Positions 39,295 through 47,809 of a stretch of 64,000 nt of DNA are shown piece by piece; positions within the stretch are counted from its first letter, which is position 1, and each line of letters opens with the position of its first letter. The notes under the pieces were generated by a model. That model searched no databases, was not told the origin of the DNA, and saw only the letters and a list, made by a program, of their open reading frames with translations. A program made the translations under genes and the position numbers. Location of the stretch: contig JAZQNP010000092.1 of NCBI GenBank assembly GCA_045627405.1, positions 23,591 through 87,590 on the forward strand, given 5' to 3'. This DNA comes from Oscillospiraceae bacterium (GTDB lineage Bacteria; Bacillota; Clostridia; Oscillospirales; Ruminococcaceae).

Positions 39295-39355
39295 AGCAGT
39301 ATCTCCGGCGGCGTTTTTACGGATTTCGTGCCGCCGGAGATATATTTTTTATTTT
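39295..39355 (-). terminator. Strong hairpin between the XRE regulator gene and rnfC (terminator or leader structure)
   Basis: 12-bp GC-rich stem atctccggcggc / gccgccggagat with U-runs possible on both strands (ctgtttttgc on minus, atatattttttattttt on plus). Confidence 0.65.
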
Positions 39356-39404
39356 TATATGTTCGGGGACTATCTTTTTTTGTGATCCTGTGGTATAATA
39401 GAAC

Positions 39405-40118
39405 TCAGGATCTGCGCTGCGGCTGCAATTCGTCACGCGTTCTGGTGATGCTGTCCTCACTGATCTTAATCAGATTCAGCAGGGAAGATGCATATTCCTC
39501 GAAGTCCTCTGAAAGCGTTGCAGTTGTGACATACAAAGTTTCAGTATCTTCGACAGCATCATTTGTGCCGAGCGCGATGCCGCTGGATGCGGCTTTGATA
39601 TTTGATTCATTGAGTGAAATGATTGCATTCGCGCTGTCGTTCGCAACAACCTTCGGCACTCGGAAGAGCTTCTGGTCGTTGTGCGGGCAGGCATTATAAA
39701 TAATGCGGAACAGCTTATAGACCGACAGCATCAGATATGAGGATACCTCTCGGATCAAAGTGACCGAATTGGCACGCTGCGAGAAAGAAAACAGCAGACT
39801 GATAGAATTGTTGATGATCTTACGGTAAAAGCGAATCGCCTCATTGGAAGGCATCTCGTTGTTTCCGTCGTCATCGGGGATTTCTTCCAGAGTCAGTGTT
39901 TTTCCGCCCGGCTCCGGTGTTCTTCCGAGCAGATAATCGCAGGATACATTATAATAGTCTGCGATGCGGACCAGAAAATCCAGTCCGCATTCCCGGATGC
40001 CTTTCTCATAGTGAGAAAGCAGTGCCTGCGAAATGCCGAGATCTTTTGCAGCCTTTTTCTGGCTGATCTTACGTTCTTTTCTTTGCAGCGCGATGATGCG
40101 CGGAAAATCGTCATTCAT
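39405..40118 (-). CDS. XRE-family HTH regulator with an uncharacterised ~170-aa C-terminal domain
   Basis: Cro/C1 HTH: RKERKISQKKAAKDLGISQALLSHYEKGIRECGLDFLVRIADYYNVSCDYLLGR. Start at the internal ATG preceded by a GGGGGAAGGAA-like RBS. Confidence 0.8.
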   Translation of the reverse strand: MNDDFPRIIALQRKERKISQKKAAKDLGISQALLSHYEKGIRECGLDFLVRIADYYNVSCDYLLGRTPEPGGKTLTLEEIPDDDGNNEMPSNEAIRFYRKIINNSISLLFSFSQRANSVTLIREVSSYLMLSVYKLFRIIYNACPHNDQKLFRVPKVVANDSANAIISLNESNIKAASSGIALGTNDAVEDTETLYVTTATLSEDFEEYASSLLNLIKISEDSITRTRDELQPQRRS

Positions 40119-40304
40119 GAGTTGAATTTCCTTCCCCCTGCGTATTCCATCAGTGTGCTGAGAAATGCACCGATGTACGATTTCATTATATAACAATCAG
40201 TATAATTTGTAAAGAGGAAAACAGAAAAAATATCCGACAAATTTTCATTCGTTTTTTTGTATATATCGTCAACGCCGTTTTCAATCGGCAGAAAGGATAC
40301 TTTT

Positions 40305-40940
40305 ATGCGCAACTACCATATTTCCATGTACCGGCACGGCAGAACCAATGCCAATGATAAGGGGCAGTATATCGGCACAACGGATCTTCCCTTGAATAAC
40401 CTTGGAAGAAACGAACTGTATGAGAAGGCAGATCGCTTTGTATATCCGCGGTTTGAGCGCGTATATACCAGTCCGCTGCTGCGCTGCACGGAGACTGCCG
40501 AGATTCTGTTTCCGGATCGTGAGATCGTGGTAGCCGAGGAGTTTCGTGAGCTGCACTTTGGAAAATTCGAGGGGAAAACTGCCGAGGAGCTGGTTGGCGA
40601 TGAGGCGTATCGCACATGGCTCAAAGGCGGCATGGACGCAAAGCCTCCGGAGGGCGAAAGTGTTGCAGAGCTTTGCATCCGGACATATCAGGGACTTTAT
40701 CGCATTTTGCTGGAAATGATGCAGGAGCAGATGCAGCATGTTGCGATTGTGACCCACGCCGGTGTGATTTCCAATGCGCTCGCCTGCTTCGGTGTACCGA
40801 AGCTGGATCCCAAACAGATTCGGATTTCAGCAGGTGAAGGGTTTGAAATCCAGATCAATCCACAGATGTGGCAGCAATCTCAGGCGTTTGAAGTGCTGGG
40901 ATTGACGCCGTTTTTGCCCGAAGAGGCAGATACCTTCTAA
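40305..40940 (+). CDS. Histidine phosphatase family protein (phosphoglycerate mutase/CobC-like)
   Basis: Catalytic RHG motif (MYRHGRTNAN), later LRCTETAEIL and a VTHAGVI block. Confidence 0.8.
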   Translation: MRNYHISMYRHGRTNANDKGQYIGTTDLPLNNLGRNELYEKADRFVYPRFERVYTSPLLRCTETAEILFPDREIVVAEEFRELHFGKFEGKTAEELVGDEAYRTWLKGGMDAKPPEGESVAELCIRTYQGLYRILLEMMQEQMQHVAIVTHAGVISNALACFGVPKLDPKQIRISAGEGFEIQINPQMWQQSQAFEVLGLTPFLPEEADTF

Positions 40941-40951
40941 GGGGTGTTGAA

Positions 40952-41410
40952 ATGCTGCTTGAAGTATTGATTGCAGTTGTAGTGATCATTGTAATTTTAT
41001 TGTTGGTCGGCGTGCCGGCCGGATCCATTCTGAATTTGCTGATTCTCGCACTCAGCGGCTTGCTTCTTTTAATGATCGGCTTTTTTGTGCTGTTCTTTTT
41101 GATTACGGATATCGCACTGCTTTTTTTCCGTCGCGTCAAAGGGACGTTCATCCGCTTTGATGACACCGGGCGATATGACCGGGCTGTCTATGCAGTCGGT
41201 GATAAGGAGTATACCTGTACATTTCCGGCGGAAAGTATTGCCCGCCGCAAAATTTACCAAGAACAAACCCAGTATACGCTGCTGACTTCACGCCGAAAGC
41301 AAGGGAAAACCGCATATGATAAGCACAGTCTGTTTATCATTACAATCGGCAGTATTTTCGCTTATCTGCTGGCTGCTTTATGTATATGGGCTGCTCTGAC
41401 ATGGTTATAA
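40952..41410 (+). CDS. Hypothetical membrane protein
   Basis: Two N-terminal TM segments and one C-terminal TM segment. Sits 12 nt downstream of the phosphatase gene. No recognisable motif. Confidence 0.5.
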   Translation: MLLEVLIAVVVIIVILLLVGVPAGSILNLLILALSGLLLLMIGFFVLFFLITDIALLFFRRVKGTFIRFDDTGRYDRAVYAVGDKEYTCTFPAESIARRKIYQEQTQYTLLTSRRKQGKTAYDKHSLFIITIGSIFAYLLAALCIWAALTWL

Positions 41411-41415
41411 CATCA

Positions 41416-41458
41416 AAAACGACTGTATCCGAACAGACAGATACAGTCGTTTTCCTTT
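41416..41458. terminator. Bidirectional terminator
   Basis: 14-bp stem aaaacgactgtatc / gatacagtcgtttt between convergent genes. Confidence 0.8.
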
Positions 41459-41459
41459 A

Positions 41460-42188
41460 TTACACTCGATAACCCTGCTGACGAAGTTGATCAATCAGAT
41501 CACCGAGGATCTGTGTGTTTGTGGAAGAAACGGAATGCAGCAGGTAAATCGCGCCGCCGTGTGCCATATCGCTGAGAGAAGCGAGTGCCGTGGCAGGATC
41601 CGGTTGATCGTCCGTTTTCCAATCGACATGGGCAGCACTCCAAAAAACGGTCTGATAACCAAGCTGCTGCACCACAGACAGCGAATGCTCATCGTATTCT
41701 CCGCAAGGCGGACGGAAATACTGCATCTCATATCCGTAACGGTCAAGCACATATTGGTGCAGGCCCATGATCTCCTCTTCCAGCTCGTCATCACTGAGCG
41801 TCGGGATCGCAGCGTGCGTCATACCGTGATTTCCCAGCATATGCCCTTCGTCAATCATCCTTTGTACCAGTTCCGGTTCACGCTTTGCATAATCGCCGGT
41901 GAGGAAAAACATCGCATGTGCGTCTTTTTCCTTTAAGGTATCCAGAATCTGTGCGGTATATCCGTTTTCATAGCCCTGATCAAATGTCAGCAAAATTTGT
42001 GTGCTGTCGCCGCCGAAAGCGTATGCGCCGAGTTCGCTGTATTGTTCCTGAAACTGTACAGCACCTGTCGGACGGTTCTCGGCATCTTTCTCGATGCCCT
42101 GACCGTATCCTGCTGCCGATGCTGGAACAGCCGGTATTTGTGACAGCATCAAAGCTGCACCGCAGCACACAGAAAGCAGTTGCTTCAT
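41460..42188 (-). CDS. pdaA: Polysaccharide deacetylase, PdaA-like (delta-lactam biosynthetic de-N-acetylase family)
   Basis: NodB-domain blocks LTFDQGYENGYT, FFLTGDY, EGHMLGNHGMTH and YFRPPCGEY. Signal peptide. Assignment to PdaA specifically, rather than a generic CE4, is tentative. Confidence 0.65.
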   Translation of the reverse strand: MKQLLSVCCGAALMLSQIPAVPASAAGYGQGIEKDAENRPTGAVQFQEQYSELGAYAFGGDSTQILLTFDQGYENGYTAQILDTLKEKDAHAMFFLTGDYAKREPELVQRMIDEGHMLGNHGMTHAAIPTLSDDELEEEIMGLHQYVLDRYGYEMQYFRPPCGEYDEHSLSVVQQLGYQTVFWSAAHVDWKTDDQPDPATALASLSDMAHGGAIYLLHSVSSTNTQILGDLIDQLRQQGYRV

Positions 42189-42260
42189 GCAGATCATCCT
42201 TTGCAAATGATTCATTGCGGGCGTGTTCCCGCATAAATAGGATGTGCATGAGAAAAGAGC

Positions 42261-42803
42261 TTATCCGCGGGAATCCGTGCCGCTTCTCTGTGCATCCAAT
42301 TCCGCTTTTTCATATAGATAACGGAAATGATAACCTGCCCATACAAAAATGCCGGTTGCAGCGGAAGGAAGTGCCATAAGGATTTGTCTTGTCTGAGAGA
42401 GTGCGGAAAACGGATCCGCACCGTTCAGAATCAGGCGGTGAAGCTGAATATACGGTGCATTCAGCAGCAAAAATACATTGAGCATGAGGCTGCTGCTTTG
42501 GTTACATTTCAGAATCACCCAGAGCAAAAACACCGGAATTGCTGTTTCGATACCGAGCAAAATCGGTTTGAGCGGTGATGTTTTGATCCTTGTTGTGCGA
42601 TATGCAGAAATATCTTCCAGTGCAGATTTGGAAGCGCAGTCAGCCATCAGCAGCGCGTGCGCAAGGACGCCGCACGCAAGACTGAGCCATCGAATCCATT
42701 CAGCGGATATAATCGCAAAAGAAAAAGCCAGAATCAGGCATAATATTTCCGATACCACGAGCCATGCCAGACAGCGCAGGTAATGTTTTCCGAAATGCAG
42801 CAT
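42261..42803 (-). CDS. Hypothetical polytopic membrane protein
   Basis: About 5 hydrophobic segments. Start is chosen at the ATG preceded by GGAGGAAG. No recognisable motif. Confidence 0.5.
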   Translation of the reverse strand: MLHFGKHYLRCLAWLVVSEILCLILAFSFAIISAEWIRWLSLACGVLAHALLMADCASKSALEDISAYRTTRIKTSPLKPILLGIETAIPVFLLWVILKCNQSSSLMLNVFLLLNAPYIQLHRLILNGADPFSALSQTRQILMALPSAATGIFVWAGYHFRYLYEKAELDAQRSGTDSRG

Positions 42804-42935
42804 ACTTCCTCCGTATTTTGATGATGAAGTGTGCATACGACGATATGTATGCATCTATATTATACATGATTTTCACAGGAATGTCCAGTCTGTTTCAGAG
42901 AAATTAGAAACTTTTTGCATCGGTGCGCAGAATGC

Positions 42936-42964
42936 TTGACGAAATTACGATTTTGCGATATAAT
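42936..42964 (+). promoter_or_regulatory. Sigma-A type promoter for rpe
   Basis: -35 ttgacg, 17-nt spacer, -10 tataat (42959-42964). Confidence 0.65.
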
Positions 42965-42999
42965 AGAGTCTGAATGATCGGTTCAGGAGGAAAATATAT

Positions 43000-43650
43000 A
43001 TGACTACGATTTCAGCGTCCATTCTCAATGCAGATCTGACGAATCTTGCAAATGCTGCGGCGGTGGTCGAACAAGCCGGTGCAGACCTTCTGCATTACGA
43101 TGTGATGGACGGCTGCTTTGTAGATAATATTTCGTTTGGTTTGCCTGTGCTGAATGCGCTGCGTAGCTGCACCGCCCTGCCGATTGACGCGCATCTGATG
43201 ATTCGGGAGCCGCTGCGGTTCGTGGAACGCTTTGTCAAGGCGGGGGCTGATTTGCTTTCATTTCATATTGAAAGTGACTCGGATGCTGCTGAGACAATCC
43301 GGGAGATTCATGCATGCGGCATTCATGCCGGTGTAGCACTTTCTCCTGACACGCCGACAGAAGCTGTTTTCCCGCTGCTCAAATTGCTGCAACCGGAGGA
43401 TTTTATACTGCTGATGACCGTGCAGCCGGGACTGGGCGGTCAGGCTTTTTTGCCGTATGTGCTTCCGAAAATAGAAACACTGTATCAGCGCATTCAAGCC
43501 GAGCAGTTACCCCTGCACATCGAAGTGGACGGCGGTATTGCTGCCGGGACCGGAAAACAGTGCAGGGAAGCCGGCGCAGATTATCTGGTTTCCGGATCCT
43601 ATATTTTCCGTGCAGCCGATCCGCATGCTGCTGTGCAGTCGCTTCGCTAA
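43000..43650 (+). CDS. rpe: Ribulose-phosphate 3-epimerase
   Basis: Blocks SILNADL, LHYDVMDG.FV.NISFG, DAHLM, MTV.PG.GGQ.F and VDGGI. RBS caggagg. Confidence 0.92.
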   Translation: MTTISASILNADLTNLANAAAVVEQAGADLLHYDVMDGCFVDNISFGLPVLNALRSCTALPIDAHLMIREPLRFVERFVKAGADLLSFHIESDSDAAETIREIHACGIHAGVALSPDTPTEAVFPLLKLLQPEDFILLMTVQPGLGGQAFLPYVLPKIETLYQRIQAEQLPLHIEVDGGIAAGTGKQCREAGADYLVSGSYIFRAADPHAAVQSLR

Positions 43651-44219
43651 GTCGCAGCGGCGGCATTTGCGACTGCTGACACCGCATCGGTTTCGTAAAC
43701 GCATTTGCCGTATTCTGATAATCTTGCTTTGTTGAGTGCTGAGCTTCGATAGGGCTTGCCGTATTCTAAAAGCAGATGATGTGCGCGGGAGGCACCGTTT
43801 CGGTTCAGTTTCAGAGATAAGATCCACTGTGCATCAAATTGATGCAGAGAGCTGCTGATGATATGCGACTGTTCCTGCATCAGTTGTCTGCAACAGGCAG
43901 ATAATACTTTGTAATCAGAGAATCTTGCTGCCAGTCTGACGGTTTTGGACGGATGCTTATGCTGCTTTGTTTGACCGGAGATCTGTGCTGTAAAATACGC
44001 AATCAGCCCGCCGTCGGAAACAGCGATCAGCTCGACGGTGACGGGTAGTTCCGAAAAGCGGATCCCACTGGCTGCTTCTGCATGCATCAGCATATATGCG
44101 AGCAGACGCAGCATCTGCGGAGAATCTGCGGGGGGAGTTTCTCCGTGCAGAAAGAATTGCAGCTCATCCGCAGTGAGCTGCACTTTTACCGATCTTGCGG
44201 AGAGCTGTGTGACTGTCAT
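43647..44219 (-). CDS. mecA: Short MecA-like adaptor protein
   Basis: N-terminus M.V..LS..SVKV.LT..EL and a C-terminal duplicated EYGK pattern (LLLEYGKP ... LSEYGKCVYETDAVSAV). Both resemble the MecA ends (LEYGE...SEYGK...A...). By-eye match only. Confidence 0.5.
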   Translation of the reverse strand: MTVTQLSARSVKVQLTADELQFFLHGETPPADSPQMLRLLAYMLMHAEAASGIRFSELPVTVELIAVSDGGLIAYFTAQISGQTKQHKHPSKTVRLAARFSDYKVLSACCRQLMQEQSHIISSSLHQFDAQWILSLKLNRNGASRAHHLLLEYGKPYRSSALNKARLSEYGKCVYETDAVSAVANAAAAT

Positions 44220-44275
44220 GAGGATGATCCTTTCCCGTGAGAACGCAATTCATGCAAAAGGTGGTGCTTTCGAGC

Positions 44276-45217
44276 ATGAAAGAAAAATCAAAGACGGCCG
44301 GAAGCATTGAGCGTACCGTAACGCTTGCAGCACTGATTTGTATAGCGGTATACGATTACGGGATCCGCATTCTGATTCTGTGTGCTGCTGCTGTTTTTGC
44401 ATCTGTTCTGACCGAACTGGTTTGTCTGTATGTTCGCCGGATTCCGTTTCGTCTCCGGCATTTAGACGCTGCTGTCTGCGGATTGATTCTGGTCATGATG
44501 ATGCCGCAGACGGTTTCTGTCTCACTCGTTATCATGTCCGCGATTTTTGCAATTATCATCGGAAGACAGATGTTCGGCGGACGGGAACATTCGGTAATTC
44601 CTGCTGCTGCGGTCGGTTATTGCTTTGCACTGCTGAATCAGCGTGCGCAAATGACTTTATTTCCCGCAGAAAAAGCCATTCTTCCGTTTGAAAATATCCC
44701 TGTCGATTCTCTGGTTCCAGGCGTTTCTGTCATCTGGAATCAATCCGGTGATTTCAGCAGCAATGTGTCTGATTATCTGCTTGGACTGCCTTCTCAGCCG
44801 ATCGGCACAAGCTCTTTGCTTTTACTTGCAGTGATTGCTGTTGTTCTGATCTTTCGCCGTTCTGCATCGGCTTGGGTGATGCTTCCGATGCTGATTGTAC
44901 TGCTGACAGGAAATCTGGCTCTTAGCAATTTTCATAATCCTGCCATTATTTTTGCCGGCAGTTGTCTGACAAATCAGACGCTGTTTAGTGTGATATATCT
45001 GTACAGCGATCCTGATTTTGCGCCGCCGCATATTGCAGGCGCACTTTATGGCGTGTTATCAGCCTTGTTGATTCTTGTGTTCACGCGTGTTTTCGCTGTA
45101 TTTGATGCGCCTGTTCTTCTGGCAGTGATTCTCTCTCCGCTTCCGCTCGGATTGCGTTCAATCCATTTGGAATCCAACAAACAAAGCCGGAAAGGGGATA
45201 TTGCACATGCCGAATGA
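44276..45217 (+). CDS. RnfD/NqrB-family paralog lacking the flavinylation motif
   Basis: Alignable with the window's rnfD. GIRILIL..VLTELVC...LDAAVCGLIL...AIIIGRQMFGG matches GMRALIL..VLFEFLC...LSAAVTGLLL...AIVIVKQLFGG. Where rnfD has DAVSSATPL, this protein has DSLVPGVSV. The start is uncertain (GTG 44237, ATG 44252 or ATG 44276). Confidence 0.75.
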   Translation: MKEKSKTAGSIERTVTLAALICIAVYDYGIRILILCAAAVFASVLTELVCLYVRRIPFRLRHLDAAVCGLILVMMMPQTVSVSLVIMSAIFAIIIGRQMFGGREHSVIPAAAVGYCFALLNQRAQMTLFPAEKAILPFENIPVDSLVPGVSVIWNQSGDFSSNVSDYLLGLPSQPIGTSSLLLLAVIAVVLIFRRSASAWVMLPMLIVLLTGNLALSNFHNPAIIFAGSCLTNQTLFSVIYLYSDPDFAPPHIAGALYGVLSALLILVFTRVFAVFDAPVLLAVILSPLPLGLRSIHLESNKQSRKGDIAHAE

Positions 45218-45827
45218 GCGTCCCCGTATTTACGGAACCGCGTTCTTGTTCCGAAAGAATCTGATCCTGTCCGAGGCGTTGATTGCCGCACCGACGGCTG
45301 CATGTGCCGATACCATTGCGCACGCGCTGATGCTATGCTTTGTGTTTGCCTGCGTATCCGGCTTAACAATCTTGCTGTCATCATTTTTTCCACGGCGTAT
45401 GCCTTATGCGTTTCGTATTCTATCCTATTCTCTCATAGCGGCTTTGGTGTATATCCCGACGAAACTTGCAGCAGATTTTTTGTTTGCCGATACAGACGCT
45501 GCCGGGCTGTATTTGCCGCTGTTGTCATTTGGTATTTTACTGACCGCACAGCATGACCAGTTGTTTCGTGCGGAACGCCTGTCCAAAATGCTCGGCCGTC
45601 TGATCTGTGCGATTGCAGGCGCATGTGCAGTGATTCTTCTGATGGGCGTTTTACGCGAATTGTTCGGCGCGGGGACATTATACGGTTACATGATTTTCTC
45701 TGTGCCGCCGCTGCCTGCCATGCTGACGCCTGCATTTGGGATGGTCATGCTGGCTTGTTTCTGTGCGCTTGCGCAGGCGATATGTCAGACCGAGCGAAAG
45801 GAGGCAGCTGATGATTCCGATCGCTGA
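45207..45827 (+). CDS. RnfE/NqrD-like (Rnf-Nqr family) paralog lacking the conserved Cys pair
   Basis: Shares LRELFGAGT (rnfE has LREILGAGT) and the overall 6-TM layout. The positions of GMCPTL and VNCIIL read AAPTAA and FGILLT. ATG 45207 is preceded by aaagggga and overlaps the upstream gene by 11 nt. Confidence 0.7.
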   Translation: MPNERPRIYGTAFLFRKNLILSEALIAAPTAACADTIAHALMLCFVFACVSGLTILLSSFFPRRMPYAFRILSYSLIAALVYIPTKLAADFLFADTDAAGLYLPLLSFGILLTAQHDQLFRAERLSKMLGRLICAIAGACAVILLMGVLRELFGAGTLYGYMIFSVPPLPAMLTPAFGMVMLACFCALAQAICQTERKEAADDSDR

Positions 45828-46383
45828 ATTACTTTTAATCCTGACGCAGAATATCGTTTTCAGCTACGCGCTAGGAATTCCGAATATTGCAAAATCCGCT
45901 GTGCAAAGACGAATGCTGCTGCTTTCCGGTTTATTGGTTGCGATATTTGTGACGTTGAACAGCGTTTTGCTCGCACTGATCCGCCCGCTTCTTTCGCAGA
46001 CAGATACGACTTTGATATTGCCGCTTTGCTGTGTAGCTTTGAACGGCGTTCTCGATCTGATTCTGTTGATTCTGATTGCTGCCGTCGGCGGTATGCGCGC
46101 ACGCACGCTGATTCCGCATCTGCATGCGACAGCGTTCTCCGGTGCTGTGCTGGGTTCACTTCTGCTGAGTTACAATGCCGCGAACACGCCGCTGCTTGCA
46201 GCAAAAAACGGACTCCGCTGCGGTCTGGGATATTTTCTGGTCTGCTGCATGCTGGTGCTGGCTGCACCTGCACTCCACAGTGAAAAGATGCCTGCTGCCG
46301 TGCGCGGCTGGCGCGGAATGTTTCTCTATATCGGCGTCATAGCAATGGCGGTTGCATGTATTTCCGCCGGCTTGGAAAGTTAA
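45811..46383 (+). CDS. RnfA/NqrE-like (Rnf-Nqr family) paralog
   Basis: N-terminus LLLILTQNIVFSYALGIPNI versus rnfA LSAILTDNFVLSKFMGCCPFL. ILPLCCVALNGV versus LPLITTNCAVLGV. ATG 45811 is preceded by AGGAGG and overlaps the upstream gene by 17 nt. Confidence 0.7.
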   Translation: MIPIAELLLILTQNIVFSYALGIPNIAKSAVQRRMLLLSGLLVAIFVTLNSVLLALIRPLLSQTDTTLILPLCCVALNGVLDLILLILIAAVGGMRARTLIPHLHATAFSGAVLGSLLLSYNAANTPLLAAKNGLRCGLGYFLVCCMLVLAAPALHSEKMPAAVRGWRGMFLYIGVIAMAVACISAGLES

Positions 46384-46395
46384 AACAGAAAGAAG

Positions 46396-47658
46396 GTGCG
46401 TCCTTTGCTGCATAGACGAAAAGGAAGAAAAATCTACACTTATCGCGTAAAAAATCGCCGGGTATTCAGCAAAAATCATCCGATGCGATCTGCATTCGGG
46501 CTCATCCTGACACTTGTGCTTGCAGCATTTGCCGGTATCGTCGGATACAGCGTGATTGCACCGGTCTATGAACGGTTAACGGCTGAGGCACAATCTCCGA
46601 CAACTGTGCCGGAACCTTTTGATGCATCTGCGGTTGCAGACTCCGTATCGGGTTTGACACAGACTTCAAAGACTTCCGTTTCTGCTGAAATGACAATGCA
46701 GACAACAACCACGACAACTGCAACGCAGCTGTCATTTGATGAAGATACTATGCTCATATACTGTGTATCAGAGGATGACATGACTGATCTTTCCGCATTG
46801 GAGCAGACAGCTGTTTCCGCATCCAATCTCGGTTATACTGCGCTGGCATTCCCCTTAAAAATTGTTGGCGGCACGCTGACATACGCCTCGGCGGTTGATG
46901 CTGCAAATATATCGGGTGCGACGCAGGAGGATTATCTGACACTTGCGCAAATCACCGATCTTGCCAATGAAAACGGTTTGGAGTGTATGGCGTTTTTTGA
47001 CATGCTGAATGATCAGACATACCCTGCGGTCTATCAGGACGGTGCGTACACGATTGCCGATTCCGGTCTGCGCTGGCTGGATATGTCATTTGAAGGCGGC
47101 GGAAAACCCTGGATGTCTCCGTTTTCTCCGCAGGCGCAATCCTATCTCTTATCACTCGCCGAAGAGATCTCAAACAGCGGATTCACAAAGCTGTTCTGTA
47201 CGGATCTGATTTTTCCGAATTTTTATGATTCTGACGTGTCCTATATCGGTGACAGTGTATCCAATCCTGCGCAGCGCGCAAATGCGCTGGCATCTGTGCT
47301 GAACGGCATTGCGGAATCTGTTTCCGGAACTGTATACACTTTTGATTTTATGGAAGCTGTGAACGGTAGTGTTGAAGTGCTGGATTCCGATTCTCTCAAT
47401 GCGGATACATTCTGCGTACGTTTCGATCTGACAGCGGAAACCGATTCTTTTTCATGGAACGAAACATCATATGTTTTTACCGGAAAAACCGCATCGGAAA
47501 AATCTGCGGAGCTTTTTCAGATTGCAAAAGAAATTTCAGGCGAGCGCACACTGTATCCGTGTGTAGTGAAAAGCGGTATGACAGACGAAGAACTGTCTGC
47601 TGTATTAGAAGTGTTTTATGATGCCGGATGCAGAACAATTCTCGTATCCGTAACCTGA
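46396..47658 (+). CDS. Membrane-anchored extracytoplasmic protein with a DUF4015-like (putative glycoside-hydrolase TIM barrel) domain
   Basis: Basic N-terminus plus a TM helix (FGLILTLVLAAFAGIVGY) and a T-rich linker. The block KPWMSPFSPQAQSYLLSLAEEISNSGFTKLFCTDLIFPNF resembles the DUF4015 core as I remember it. Starts 12 nt after the RnfA-like gene. The start is uncertain (GTG 46396 or ATG 46483). Confidence 0.5.
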   Translation: MRPLLHRRKGRKIYTYRVKNRRVFSKNHPMRSAFGLILTLVLAAFAGIVGYSVIAPVYERLTAEAQSPTTVPEPFDASAVADSVSGLTQTSKTSVSAEMTMQTTTTTTATQLSFDEDTMLIYCVSEDDMTDLSALEQTAVSASNLGYTALAFPLKIVGGTLTYASAVDAANISGATQEDYLTLAQITDLANENGLECMAFFDMLNDQTYPAVYQDGAYTIADSGLRWLDMSFEGGGKPWMSPFSPQAQSYLLSLAEEISNSGFTKLFCTDLIFPNFYDSDVSYIGDSVSNPAQRANALASVLNGIAESVSGTVYTFDFMEAVNGSVEVLDSDSLNADTFCVRFDLTAETDSFSWNETSYVFTGKTASEKSAELFQIAKEISGERTLYPCVVKSGMTDEELSAVLEVFYDAGCRTILVSVT

Positions 47659-47662
47659 ATGT

Positions 47663-47711
47663 AAAGCGCAGATGTGACTATATTGTCGCAGATGCGCTTT
47701 GTTGTTTTTTT
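47663..47711 (+). terminator. Rho-independent terminator ending the Rnf-paralog operon
   Basis: 16-nt imperfect stem aaagcgcagatgtgac / gtcgcagatgcgcttt followed by gttgttttttt. Confidence 0.75.
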
Positions 47712-47809
47712 GCGCTGAAATCAATTATTTCACAGACTATTCATTCTTTTCACTGCGATTTATGCTATAATATATGTAACATTTGGTATTGACGGAGGTG
47801 CATTTCATT

